64,000 nt of DNA from Antedon mediterranea (GCF_964355755.1 NC_092672.1:27410437-27474436), one strand, 5' to 3'. Counted from the stretch's first letter, positions 48,496 to 60,407 are shown. A program made the numbers and translations. Notes: generated from the sequence alone by a model not told the origin.

Positions 48496-49591
48496 TGTGG
48501 GGATTAATCTAATCATGTGATAATTAAATACTGCCCCCTATAGGTGTTGCTGCCCCCTATAATTGTAACAGTCTTTTTCAAATGATTTGCTTTCTTTTGT
48601 ATTCATGAACCGGTCAAGGAAGCAGATAGTTTTGTCTCTTATTTAATTAAAGATCTGATTAAAAGGTAATACTCTACTTTATACATATATTACTTTGTTA
48701 TACATTTATAAGATTCTGTTATGTTTAAGAAACATTAATGTTGTATTTTAAGATGATTGCATTCATAGGCCTAGACATTTGTTTTGGGTTAACCTTGACT
48801 CATGGAATGTGCAGTTAGAAAGCCTATTGAATAGTATTGTGTTACAATCTTTGAACTAGGATTTTATGCCATATAATGTTATAATATATACTTTTGTGAT
48901 AAACCTTCTTTGTATTAACAAAATATGTTTAGATAGATTTAGTAATGTTTAGTTTATAGAAGATAGTTTCTAGTTAACAGTTTGTATAAAATAGTTCATC
49001 CTACAGTTCACACTTGATTAATTTGTATACACGAGGCTACCATGCTCGTGATAGATCGTCATGTAGTGCGCCCTCTATTTATCATACAAAATGGCTGCGC
49101 CCATGGATTTGTTATTGTTTATATATTTTACACAAACATAAGATTATAACTCCTTGATTCAATGAATAGACTAAGTTTAGTATTCAAATAGTGTGAGTAA
49201 ATTCCAACATGCATTTATTCTAGTAATATAATAGTAATATTCAGGCACTTATGATGCAATTGTGTAGGTAATTAATTAGGTATTTGTATACTCTAACAAA
49301 GTATACAGAGGCTGTTTAGGTAGACGTGCCGTTTGATGTAATAGTCGCAGTCCTCAGAGAGAATCCTTTTTATTAGAGTCGCCTGTTAAGTGAGGTCCTT
49401 ACTAAGAATTGGCTTGTATTTTAGAATATTATTTACTTTTGTTTCTCATTGTATTTATTTTGTGGTTTTCAGGACCATACTGATCTCTATTGTTATGCTA
49501 AAAACAAATTAAAACCAAATACACCACCGGACCGTGGTAAAAGTGAGAAAAGGCGTGTTTTTCCTTTTGTGTTGTCGTCCACATCCTTACA
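48496..49591 (+). repeat. 3' LTR of Gypsy element 2
   Basis: Direct repeat of 42437-43533; preceded by PPT. Confidence 0.95.
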
Positions 49592-49798
49592 CGTATTTAC
49601 CTTAAATGGTGTTAGTACACAACAGAATATTTCTCTCCTGTTATGTAACGAACATTACAGAATTGCTGGCTTTTCTGTGTATGCAGTGCATTATTGTTGA
49701 CTTCTCTCTTTGTAAAACCATTACATTTAGACACCATACGTTTTTGTAAAGTGTACCAATGATTTCTTGAACGAGTAGATCTTGTTGTAAACATAAAT

Positions 49799-50215
49799 AT
49801 GACAACTGAATAATATAAATCAAGATATAAAGACATGGACACAATGTAGACAAACCTCCTCAAGATAAACATGGTGTCAAGGGCTATCGACATTTCCCTA
49901 ATCAAAGCTAATCAGCAACTATAAAATATTGCTTATGCACAATTTCAATATGGTGGGAAGGTTTAATGAAGTTGTGCCTCCGGCAGTATGTGGGAATCAA
50001 GACTTCATGTTTATTCAATCACATTATCCTATTATATTGTGGCAATTTAAACCAGAAAGGATGGATCAAAAAGATGGTTATATAATAGTTGAGTAGAATC
50101 CAAATGAACCAACCTATTTAAAACTGACCTGGCCTTTGGATGAGTCTTTGTTGTTGATAAAAATGATTTTATAATGATTGATGTCTTTAGACAAGCAGAT
50201 GCATTCTTAAAGTGT
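49799..50215 (+). pseudogene. cGLR remnant G (decayed N-terminal part)
   Basis: Nucleotide homology to the paralog 5' CDS (GACATGGACACAAT, AATCAAGACTTCATG, TATTGTGGCAATTTAAACCAG, AATCCAAATGAACCA, TGGCCTTTGGATGAGTCTTTG) with many stops. Confidence 0.85.
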
Positions 50216-50344
50216 TATGAAAATCACAAACAAAGTATGACCAATATTATAAATTAGCCAATTGATTTACCATCGATATATTCTTAATTTTCTAGTTTTA
50301 TAATTATTCCATACAATGCTGTAATATTTAAAGTATTTATTTTA

Positions 50345-51055
50345 TATATTTTAAGATCTATCAATGGAAATTCTAAGCGTTTTAGGCTATCCCTTTTAAT
50401 TTGTTCTCCCAATAATCATGTCATTTTATTGTAATAGGAATGGACAGTAACAATAACAATAATAGTATATATATTACAAACTGCACTAACGATATATAAT
50501 AGTGTCGGCACACTGTCTGCAGATTGGATATATGTTTATATATTCAATTTTGATCTTTTAGTTCCATTAATAAAATTATTCCAAAATATTATAATAGGTC
50601 CATATGTGTTTTTATTATATTCTTTTAGGTTACTAGGTTACCATTTATATCTTGGCACAATACACATTGTAACATAGATTGTATTGTTATGTTTATTGAT
50701 TGCCATTCATCGTTCCTTCCAATGAATCATTAGCTGAATTAACATATTCTTTAACATTGAAAGCTGAGTCTCTTGTGTATATTGTGTGTTGTGCATCTCA
50801 ATAAGCACTGGGGTGTAACAGTCGTTTATACTAATTCAACATTCCTAACTAATATTTGGCTTTCAGTACTTAGTGTTTCCTGCATAGATTGCTGTTATTT
50901 TTGTTGTACACGCACTGGAAACAACAGTTAGTTTGATTGATTGCGGATTGAAATTTAACCAGTAAATTAGAACAGAATTATTCAGCTGTAAATAAATCAA
51001 CCCGTGATGGAGACAATTGCAGATATTCGCCATAAGATGGCGTCAAGGCATCAGA
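50345..51055 (+). pseudogene. Duplicate of the upstream region and first ~25 codons of cGLR copy J (stub H)
   Basis: Collinear with ~62055-63130; start codon lost (AATTATTCAGCT versus AATTATGGCAGCT). Confidence 0.8.
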
Positions 51056-51309
51056 CTAACTGAACGTGTGATGTTATGTTTAAAAAGTATGTTATGCGGA
51101 GAAAGACCACATAGGTTTTGGTGAGCATCTGGTTCATTATTAACTATACAACTAACTATATTAGTTAATGTTTACGTTAGCAAAGATGGAAAAGCCCAAG
51201 CTTTCTCCTACTTGTTTTTTCCTATATAATATGAACGGCTAGGCCAGACAGCCTATAGTTTTTGTTTTTTTCACAGGACCGGCCAATATAGGTTTCATTA
51301 ATTGCAATG

Positions 51310-51986
51310 TTAGTGTTGATAAGAATTTACCGAGAACCATATATTGACGTGTTATGGATGTATATGATTTCAGAACAATTGCGAGATTTACGATTTTGAC
51401 GCGGGCGCTTGCCGTACAGCCGTCGCCGTGGATTGCTGTAGCAAAGGTATTTGTTAAATAAAAGATATATGTACCCGTCATTTCAATATTGCTATTTTGA
51501 CCTGCTTTAGACTTACATTTTCACGTTAAGTTAAAGATTTAACGTATAGTTTGCCGGTGTAAAACGTTTTCAAATCAGTTAAAAACTCATATTTTTATTT
51601 ATAATTAATGTATTGATTATGACCATAAACATTTTCGCCAAAGTAGGCCTATATTGTCGGCAAAGTATCTTGTTGGTTAAATGTAACCTTTCGGTCTATT
51701 GTCTGCCGGGAAATTGTATGGAATACCATTGTATGTCGGCCAACCGTATAAATGACAGAAAAATAGCGTCTAATGCAGATCAAATTAGCAACTGAAATGA
51801 CGGGCACCTATCTCTTGTATGTAACAACAGTGAAAACTCACGAGGTACATTTAGCTAAGCACACTTTGAATTGAAGTCACAGCAATTTACCGCGACAGCG
51901 AAATCTTGAAATTGTTCTAAAATCATATGTACATATCATCCTATACGTTGTCAAAATATGGTTCTCGATAAAGTTGTCCTTTAACA
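51310..51986. mobile_element. MITE-like element with long imperfect inverted arms
   Basis: CGAGAACCATAT...CAGAACAATT...CCCGTCATTTCA mirrored by TGAAATGACGGG...AATTGTTCT...ATATGGTTCTCG. Confidence 0.65.
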
Positions 51987-52767
51987 TAGGCTTTATTTTA
52001 TTTTTGCTTTGTTTCTTATTGTTAGAAACCCTGACTGCTTAAGAAGAAATAAAAACAAGGTATACAATTAATTTGTATTTGATAGTCCTGTCGTTTTCCT
52101 GAATTTAATTCCACAATCTGACATAGATAAGGTAGGTATCAACGGAGGTTTGTCTTTAAAGTTTAGCCAGGAAGGTAGTTCTATACCCTTCCTGGTTTAG
52201 TATTATTGTGTTTCTTTCCTCAGAATTAAGCATGATTATATGTAGAAAATAAAGTAAATTGATTATTAAGGTAACTTTTTGTTTTGTTTAATAATACAAC
52301 TATTTGTATCATTATATTTTTACCAAAAAATAACATTTAATAAGTCAATGAACCAATGGTATATTTGTATTGTATTTTAATATTGTTTTCGTTTTCTTTA
52401 TATTAAAATTCAGCCTACTGTATATATAGCAGAACTGCACAAAGAGCCATGTCACAAACTCTGATGGAGTGGAAACACAGTTTGATCAATTGCAACAACT
52501 GTTGATGAATAGGCATGACCTGAGGCAGGAACACGATATGCATAAGTATGGACAGCTGCATATGCTATTATCACATCGATCCGCACAATTAATGATTGAA
52601 TAAACATATTATTTCTAAATTTGAGGCGTATGAATAGAGTCTTTGTTTGAGCAGCACTGCAAGTCGTTTATATTGCTAGCATTGTCGAATCGTAAGTTCA
52701 CTTTGCTGTACTGTAACTCTGCTTTAGGATATTGCTGTTGGATAGACATTTTTAAACAGAAAGAACT

Positions 52768-54723
52768 ATGACTAAATCAAGCCAGGATGACATGGATTTA
52801 ATTGCAGATATCGTTCTGACGAAGGCAATTGGGCCGAGAGATCTTCATAATGCTTATATTAAAGTTAACCAGAAACTACAAGATATTGCATTCAATCAAA
52901 TACCTTCCATTGATTATCACAAATATGGGACTGGAAGTTGTTTTGAAGGTGTGCCATTACCATTTTGTGGAGATCAAGATTACATGTATAACTTTTCACA
53001 TTGCCCAGTTGTATTGTGGCCATTTGAACCAGCAAGGAAGTATCATAAAGGTGGATATCTAATCGCTGAGCAGAGTCCAAATGAACCAGCTTTTTTTACA
53101 CTGAAAGTAAACAGCAACTGGCCTTTGGATGAGTCTTTGAAAAATGGTGTTGATAAGAATGGCTATTTTAGGACTAATGCTCTTCAAACGATAGATGTCA
53201 GTAAATTAAAGAATGTTAGAAAACATGGTCCTGCATTTGAACTAACTCATAACTATCGTACAACTGATCTAATACTGTGTTTAAAATGCCAGTCATGGCC
53301 GTTTCTTTTAAAAAATTGTTTCACAAGAAAAATGTCTAAGCTTGCATGTCTGTTTGTTGGTACTGAACCTCCAACAAGCAAATCAAAAGAAATGGAGTGG
53401 AGGTTATCGTTTTCGCTAGCTGAAAGAGAATTATGTTTAGAACTTGCTGAACCATTTGTCAAATGCATGTGTGCACTTAAGGCAATAAAAAATCTTTATG
53501 TATTTAGGAAACCTGCACCGTTCTGTTCTTACTTTATTAAGACAGCTTGCTTCTGGATGTGTGAAACTTCTCTTAATAGTATTAGCACTATGGACTTAAT
53601 TAGGAAGACACTTGATTGGCTGATAAAATGCTATCTGCATGGGAACCTCCCTCATTACTTTATTTCCAAACAAAATTTAATTGGACACATAAAAAAGACA
53701 CGTTGTGAGGAAGTGATAACATTATTGAATGCAGTTAAACAACATCTTTGGAGCAATGTAATGTCAGGTATTGAAGTTGCTGTTGATTTCTTACCTGTCT
53801 TTCGAGGATCACTCAAACTAAGTCTTTCCAACTATTCAGAACTGGAGTCTGTCCTACGGAATAGCAGAGATAGTAGGATCAAGGAGATACCATTAGAATT
53901 ACGTAACATGAGTGATAAAGCACTACAATTATTAAGGTTAACTACTATGCATTTTGATGGATTTGATAGAATCTTTCAAAATGAAATAGAGCAAAATACA
54001 TTTAATCACCTGGAAACTCTTAAACTGAAACTAGACGATATGATTGAATCAGTTTTACAAAGTGATGACAAAATAGTACCAAGCGACTACGAGCATATTT
54101 TAAGGCATAGTTTATATTGCTCTTTAGCAGACAGTTACACAGGATTTTTAAAATATTTGCAAGCTAATGGGAGACATGATCTGAATGGATACCTCAATAA
54201 GCCATTGGATTATTATGAGAAAGGATCAGAGCTTGTGTACCCTGATAGATGGAGTGACCAGCACCACATAGGTACCAAAATTAATGTCATTAAACATTAC
54301 TATTTAATGAATGATGTGCAAAAACTGAAAGAAATGCTTGCCAAGTTTGAACCAGTACTTAACGAAGTCAAAAGAAATAAAGGTGTAATGACAAGACTAA
54401 GAAAAGTTTTAATTGGTCTTACTATTATGACCTTTGATCACTTTTCTTGGCAGAACATTGATATGGACATATTTGGTCTTGCTGCTAAAATGACCTTAAG
54501 TCCATTTTTGAACATTAATCCAATTGTTTTCATACTTTATGTTAATGCAAAGATCTCACTCAAAGAAAAAGACATTCATAGAGCATTTGGATATTTAAAT
54601 GAAATGAAATCAAGTTTGACTGTGATTCAAGAAGCAGATCATGAAGTAACACAATATCTAATCAAAACAATAGAATGGCATTTTCTGTACACATTTTGGT
54701 TCGCATTTAGAACGCTCTTCTAA
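52768..54723 (+). CDS. cGLR copy I (651 aa, intact ORF)
   Basis: TGSCFEGVPLPFCGDQDYM, KHGPA, TDLILCLKCQSWP, EWRLSFSLAEREL, CSYFIKTACFWMCE, LPHYFISKQNLI, full C-terminal region. Confidence 0.9.
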   Translation: MTKSSQDDMDLIADIVLTKAIGPRDLHNAYIKVNQKLQDIAFNQIPSIDYHKYGTGSCFEGVPLPFCGDQDYMYNFSHCPVVLWPFEPARKYHKGGYLIAEQSPNEPAFFTLKVNSNWPLDESLKNGVDKNGYFRTNALQTIDVSKLKNVRKHGPAFELTHNYRTTDLILCLKCQSWPFLLKNCFTRKMSKLACLFVGTEPPTSKSKEMEWRLSFSLAERELCLELAEPFVKCMCALKAIKNLYVFRKPAPFCSYFIKTACFWMCETSLNSISTMDLIRKTLDWLIKCYLHGNLPHYFISKQNLIGHIKKTRCEEVITLLNAVKQHLWSNVMSGIEVAVDFLPVFRGSLKLSLSNYSELESVLRNSRDSRIKEIPLELRNMSDKALQLLRLTTMHFDGFDRIFQNEIEQNTFNHLETLKLKLDDMIESVLQSDDKIVPSDYEHILRHSLYCSLADSYTGFLKYLQANGRHDLNGYLNKPLDYYEKGSELVYPDRWSDQHHIGTKINVIKHYYLMNDVQKLKEMLAKFEPVLNEVKRNKGVMTRLRKVLIGLTIMTFDHFSWQNIDMDIFGLAAKMTLSPFLNINPIVFILYVNAKISLKEKDIHRAFGYLNEMKSSLTVIQEADHEVTQYLIKTIEWHFLYTFWFAFRTLF

Positions 54724-54912
54724 CTCGAAACATATATGTAATTACGTGTCCGTCGTGTAAACTAGGTAGTAATATTCCAAATACTTTTATTACATTACAT
54801 AAAAAACTGTATATCAATTTTTTTCAAACAACGTTTACTTTGGTTTGATTACAAATATGCAACGCTAAAGCAAATAATTGATCTCATGTCATGATCATAT
54901 TTCTCTACAGCT

Positions 54913-55540
54913 TACTATGTCGTTCGGTCGGTTGGTCGGTCGGTCGGTAAACACTAACTTGTATATGGCCTTTTCTTGACATCAGTTTCATCTAGTCAAG
55001 TCAATTTTTTACAGTATATTCCTTATGGCCAGAAATCGATGTGGTTATGTTTTCACGGTGCGTAATCAAAAATTACGCGGTCTACGCACGATTTAACGAA
55101 ATCACGTTTGTAATCATATCTTCACAAGCATGAATAACAATTAAATAAAATTTGGTACTCATAAATTTCAGAGCATAAATCATCATGGCAATACAATTAC
55201 GTGCGTAGCGCATGTGACGCATGCGTACGCGCGCTTAAACTTTTTTAAATTGTCAAAATTTATTTTCGATGAAATAAGATTACGTTTGAAGCATTTTAAG
55301 CGTTTAAAACATTGCCATGAGTGCACAGCTTTTTGCACGTGCACAGCGCGTTAAATGTTGATATGCACTCACCTGATTTCTGTTTTACAACCTTTCTTTA
55401 ATAATACTGTATCATCATATTTGATTCAATTTTCAACTCGAAATTACGTTTTACGAGCACGTCAAAAGTGACATGTTCAGCAAATCGGTTGGTTCGTCGG
55501 TCGGTAAACACTAACTTGAGCACGCGACTGCAGCCATCTA
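54913..55540 (+). mobile_element. DINE-1/HINE-like (Helentron-derived) repeat
   Basis: Reverse-complement match to 59549-60264; (GGTC)n microsatellite; CACGCGACTGCAGCCAT end. Confidence 0.75.
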
Positions 55541-56436
55541 TCACATATTGTAGATTGTTATTATTATTATTTGTAAATAAACCTCAATTTTTTAGAAATC
55601 AGTTTTGTCAAGATGAATCTCATAAAATGTAAGAAGTAGCAATAATTGCTTTCTGGTTAAAATCAAGCTGTTCTAAAATAGTTAGTGTCTAACATTACTT
55701 TATTTTCAATAAATTATTGATAAAGCAAAACGTGGTTTTTTAGTGTTTAGTGACTGATGTAATGTGATTAAACATAGGGTCTATGTATATAGACTGCAGA
55801 TGACCATTTTCAGTTCTTTATACTTTACCATCCTCAAAATCTGCTGTACATTAACTATAGCCTATAAAGTGAAAAGATATCTTTTATCTATAATCTATCT
55901 ATAATATAATAGCACTAAAGCCAAAATGTATTCCTCTATCTCCTCCTAAGCCGAAAGTCCAATACGTAGCACCTTTTAATTCTCCTTTCTCCAGTATTCT
56001 ATATTATAATTGCAAATGTTTACTCAAAATGTTTATTTTGAACCAATTTGTTTGCAATAACTGCCAAACGCTGAGTTTGGTAATTCTTGGCCATTTCACA
56101 ATTAGGTCACCAGCACATGTGATCACCATAGCTAGCAGTAGTGCTGCCGTGCGCCAAACATAGGATTGAAAACCCTTTTACCAAACACCAAAATGCTGTG
56201 ATAACACTAGGCTAGGTTATGTTTCCTACTAATTACTATTTCTAAGCTGCTAATTTGTCAATCCGGTTCAGGTTTGACGGGACGATTCGGCCCACATTAG
56301 GCCAATATAATGTCTGACTAAGAGAGGCATCTTATATCATTAGCTCTTGGTAGGGAATATGATATGAAATATTGCAAAGTACATTATGCTAACATTATGT
56401 TTTGTTATTTTTCTTGATGTTATACAGATAGTGACT

Positions 56437-58293
56437 TACTTACTTAAGCATTGTTACACATAGCAGTGCATAGGTCATCAACTACACGTCTCCATCTCAC
56501 ACGGTTCTGGGCAATTCCTTCCACCTCTGTCCAGTTTTGGCCAGCATCCTTCACCTCCTTATCCAGTTCCCTCCTCCATGTGTTCCTTGGGCGTCCTCTT
56601 TTTCGTTTTCCTTGGGGATTCCATGTTAGGGCATGCCTAGTTATGTTGTGTTTTGGTTTCCTTAGTGTGTGACCAATCCATTTCCATTTCCTTCTGCTAA
56701 TTTCAAATTCCACTGGCTCTTGTCCAGTCCTAACCCATAGATCCTCATTTCTTATTTTTTTCTGGCCACCATATTCTGAGAATCCTTCTCAGACATTTAT
56801 TGATGAACACTTGGATTTTCCTTATTATTTGATTAGTAGTTCTCCATGTTTCTGATCCATATAACAGTAGGCCTACTGATTTGACATTTGAGTTGAATAT
56901 TTTGATCTTTGTTTCTGTGCTGATGTATCTTGCCTTCCATACTTTTGTTAGTATATTGAAAGCCACCTGTGCTTTCCCAATCATTCCTTTTACATCTTCC
57001 TCTGTCTCTCCTCTGATGTTGACTTTGCTACCAAGGTAAGTAAAAGTTTCCACTGGTTCTGTTTCTCCTTTCCTTAGCTGGATTGCATGATTATTTCGTG
57101 TGTTGACCATCATTACTTTAGTTTTCGCTATGTTTACATTTAAGCCAAGCATACTTGATGTTTCTTCAAGAAGTCTGGTTTTGGTTTGCATTTGCTGATG
57201 TGTTTGTGACAACAGAACAATGTCGTCAGCATAGTCCAGGTCTTCTAATTGTTCCCATAAAGTCCATTGAATCCCATTTCTTTTCCTTGTGTTGTTTCTT
57301 TCATTATCCAGTCTATTGCAAGATTGAACAGGAACGGAGACATCAATCCTCCTTGTCTGACACCTGTTTTGATTTCAAATTCTCTGGTAAGACTTCCCTC
57401 ATGTAAAACTTGACATGTGACTCCTGTATATGATTTGCTGATTATTTGTATGAACTTTTCTGGTATGCCATAGTGCCTCATTATCTTCCACAAAGTTGGT
57501 CTGCCTATACTGTCAAAGGCTTTTTCGTAGTCAATGAAATTCATCCAAAGTGGTGTGTTCCATTCTATTGTTTGTTCCAATATTATTCTGAGTGTGGCAA
57601 TATGGTCAGTGCATGATTTCTCTTTCCTAAATCCTGCTTGGTTGTCTCTTAATGTCCTATCGACTCCCGCTATCATTCTGTCTAGTAGGATTCGGTTAAA
57701 CACTTTTCCTGCTACTGAGAGCATGGTTATCCCTCTATAGTTTTGCATTCACTTAGATCGCCTTTCTTTGGTTATTTTACAATGTATCCCTTCTTCAAGT
57801 CCTTTGGTATTTCCTCCATTTCCCATATCATGTTGATTATTTCCATCATCATCTGTGATGATGTGTTCAGATCGGCCTTAAGTGCTTCGGGTGGTATTTC
57901 GTCTGGTCCTGGTGACTTTCCGGTCTTCAAATGTTTTATAGCTTTCTTGATCTCTTCTCTTCTTGGTTTATTACAGTTGATCTGAAGAATGTTTTCAGCT
58001 GGTGGAATGTCTACCGTCTCATCTGGTGATGGTCGATTCAATAATCCTTCAAAATACTCTGCCCATATATGTGCTTGGTCTTCTTTGGCTTGTAAAACAT
58101 TACCTTGTCTGTCCTTCACTGGTCTTTGTAGTTGTTGTTGGTTTTATTTGCAAGTTTCTTTGTGATTGAATAAAGTTCTTTCAAGTCATTTCTTAAAGCT
58201 GCCTCTTCTGCCCGTGTGGCTAGTTCTTCTATTTGTTTCTTCTTATCTTTCTTTAAACTTTTTCTTCACCTTTGTGTGCACCATAGTATACTC
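56437..58293 (-). mobile_element. 5'-truncated RTE-clade LINE, frameshifted
   Basis: KSPGPD, NYRGITMLS, FIDYEKAFDS, GVRQG, DYADD, WIGHTLR; (TAAG)n tail; TSD ATACAGATA(G/T)TGACT at 56422-56436 and 58294-58308. Confidence 0.95.
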
Positions 58294-58786
58294 ATACAGA
58301 TATTGACTGCTTAGAGGTTAAATAAAAGATTTGACATCCCCGAGGGAATGATATTTTGTTCGAGGGAACATATCGTCGTTTAAATTAACAGAAGAATTTC
58401 CATCAATAAGCCTACATAAATAATAATAATAATAATATTATTATCAGGTAGGCCGAATAATTTTTCTTCTTCGAGGATCCGAATCACCGGATGTTCGCCG
58501 CGTCGCGCGTAACAGGTTACTACCATGAGTATTAACCAATCACAAACGGTTTTTTCATCACATATAGTGAGGACTAATAACAAATGAGGCCGCTATGTAT
58601 GCATAGTTTAAATAGTTTAGTTGATTTTTTTTTCAAGCAAGTTGCAAATCATCGTGAGTTCAAATCATCCAAGCAGATGACTTTATTTATTTATCGCCAA
58701 AAGCGAGTGTTGCCACACGAAAATTACACAGTCAATGTCATCGTACTCGAGAATTTCCTGGATTTTATATGTTTATTATGATATGT

Positions 58787-58789
<3 letters not shown>

Positions 58790-58834
<45 letters not shown>
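58790..58834. repeat. (TA)n microsatellite
   Basis: Seen directly. Confidence 0.95.
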
Positions 58835-58838
<4 letters not shown>

Positions 58839-59263
58839 AAATCAGGCAAAGAACATTAATTCTAAACCGCCCGGTAATATACTGAAATTTAATTAATTAA
58901 TTTGAAACGATAAAGATGAGGAAATCTGTGAGAATAAGAAAAAGTCGCCCCAAACCGAGACTCGAACTCGGACCGCCTGCTTGATATCCAGATGTCCTAA
59001 CCATTAGACCACTGGGGCTTTCATGGTATTGTTCGAACTCGATTAACATTCTCGGCGTGGTACGGCGGAACAGCACTAGTCCTCAGTTGTACGCACGCGC
59101 ACCAGGGATCAAATTGATACGCCCTCATCTTACAAAATTTTTATTCACGAGGCGGGATCTCCGAAGAGACACTTTTATATATATAAACAAATCAGGCAAA
59201 GAACATTAATTCTAAACCGCCCGGTAATATACTGAAATTTAATTAATTAATTTGAAACGATAA
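58835..59263 (-). mobile_element. tRNA-containing retroelement-like unit with ~80-bp terminal direct repeats in a (TA)n context
   Basis: AAACAAATCAGGC...GAAACGATAA at ~58834 and ~59185; tRNA-like segment at 58946-59018. Confidence 0.6.
58946..59018 (-). other. tRNA-like sequence (SINE head or pseudo-tRNA)
   Basis: GCCCCA/TGGGGC acceptor-like stem, A box TGGTCTAATGG, B box GTTCGAGTC; poor anticodon arm. Confidence 0.7.
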
Positions 59264-59408
59264 GTGCTACGCATATATATATAAACCCAAAACCAAATTA
59301 CTGAAAAAAATGACAATGCTGTGGGTATCAGTGGCTGGATCTCAATGGAGATACAAATAAAAGCGAAAAGCTAAATCAAAATGATAAAGTAAACAGCCAG
59401 AAAAGTTA

Positions 59409-59445
59409 GCAGAGCTTTCGGGCAATAATAGCCCTTCATCAGTGC
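59409..59445 (-). ncRNA. Minimal type I hammerhead ribozyme motif (Penelope pLTR type)
   Basis: Minus strand GCA-CTGATGA-A-GGGC-TATTATT-GCCC-GAAA-GC-TC-TGC: intact core, stem II, palindromic AGCT stem III, CUC site, short stem I. Confidence 0.7.
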
Positions 59446-59548
59446 AAGTGATATTTATATATATAAATTCAGTGATCCAAAGGCAAATTACTGAAAAAAA
59501 TGACAATGCTGTGGGTATCAGTGGCTGGATCTCAATGGAGATACAAAA

Positions 59549-60264
59549 AACAAGGCCATATAGATGGCTGCAGTCGCGTGCTCATTAGTGTTTACCGACC
59601 GACCGACCAACCTACCAACTGACCGAAATTACTGAACATGTTTAAAAATTTTGAAATGGTTAAAAACATTTATATTTTTTTTATTTACACGTGCGTAGCC
59701 TGTCACTTTTGACGTGCTCGTATAAGGTAATTTCGAGTTGAAAAGTAAGACAAGAAAACAGAAATCCTGCAAAAAGAGTGCGAGATAACATTTAACGTGC
59801 ACTAATCTCCGCACTCAAGGCAATTTTGTAAACGCTTAAAATTGTCTCAAGCGTACTCTTATTTCATCGAAAATAAATTTTCAAAATTTTAAGCGCGCGT
59901 ACGTATGCGTTACATGCGCTACGCACGTAATTGTATTGCCATATGATGATTTATGCCCTGAAATTTATGAGTACCAAATTTTATTTAATTGTGATTCATG
60001 GTTGTGAAGATATTATTACAAACGTGATTTCGTTAAATCGTGCGTAGACCGCGTAATTTTTTATTGCGCACCTTGAAAACATAACCACATCGAATCCTGG
60101 CCATAAGGAATATCCTGTGAAAAATTAACTTAGCTAGATTAAATTGATATCAAGATAATGTCAGAAAGCGATAAAACGCATAGTGATACCGGACCGACAG
60201 ACAGACCGACAGACCGACAGACCGACAGACCGACCGACATAGTGAACTATAGAGTCGCGTCTAA
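59549..60264 (-). mobile_element. DINE-1/HINE-like element inserted in an A/T run without TSD
   Basis: AGTCGCG(TG) subterminal repeats, (GACC/GACA)n tracts, short hairpin end; interrupts a duplicate of 59295-59449 whose empty site is at ~59351-59362. Confidence 0.8.
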
Positions 60265-60313
60265 AAAGCGAAAAGCTAAATCAAAACGATAAAGTAAACA
60301 ACCAGAAAAGTTA

Positions 60314-60350
60314 GCAGAGCTTTCGGGCAACACTAGCCCTTCATTAGTGC
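60314..60350 (-). ncRNA. Second hammerhead copy with mutated core (CTAATGA), probably inactive
   Basis: Same stems as 59409-59445; G5-to-A change in the CUGA core. Confidence 0.55.
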
Positions 60351-60407
60351 AAGTTAGGGAATTTGGATAAATAAAAGTCATAGCATATGAGTTGGCAATA
60401 GTTAAAA

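Larger units (their letters stand above)
42437..49591 (+). mobile_element. Near-intact full-length Ty3/Gypsy LTR retrotransposon
   Basis: LTRs 42437-43533 and 48496-49591 (TG...CA, about 7 differences seen); PBS TGGTGTCAGAAGTGGGAT 43537-43554 (tRNA-Leu); PPT 48485-48495; flanks CATA / CGTA. Confidence 0.97.

Noticed and set aside
58320-58585. Possible further small transposon remnant
   Set aside because: Looks repeat-like but no termini, TSD or second copy could be shown in the window
59125-59172. Possible HDV-like ribozyme in the GC-rich part of the tRNA-containing unit
   Set aside because: Could not build the nested double pseudoknot by eye
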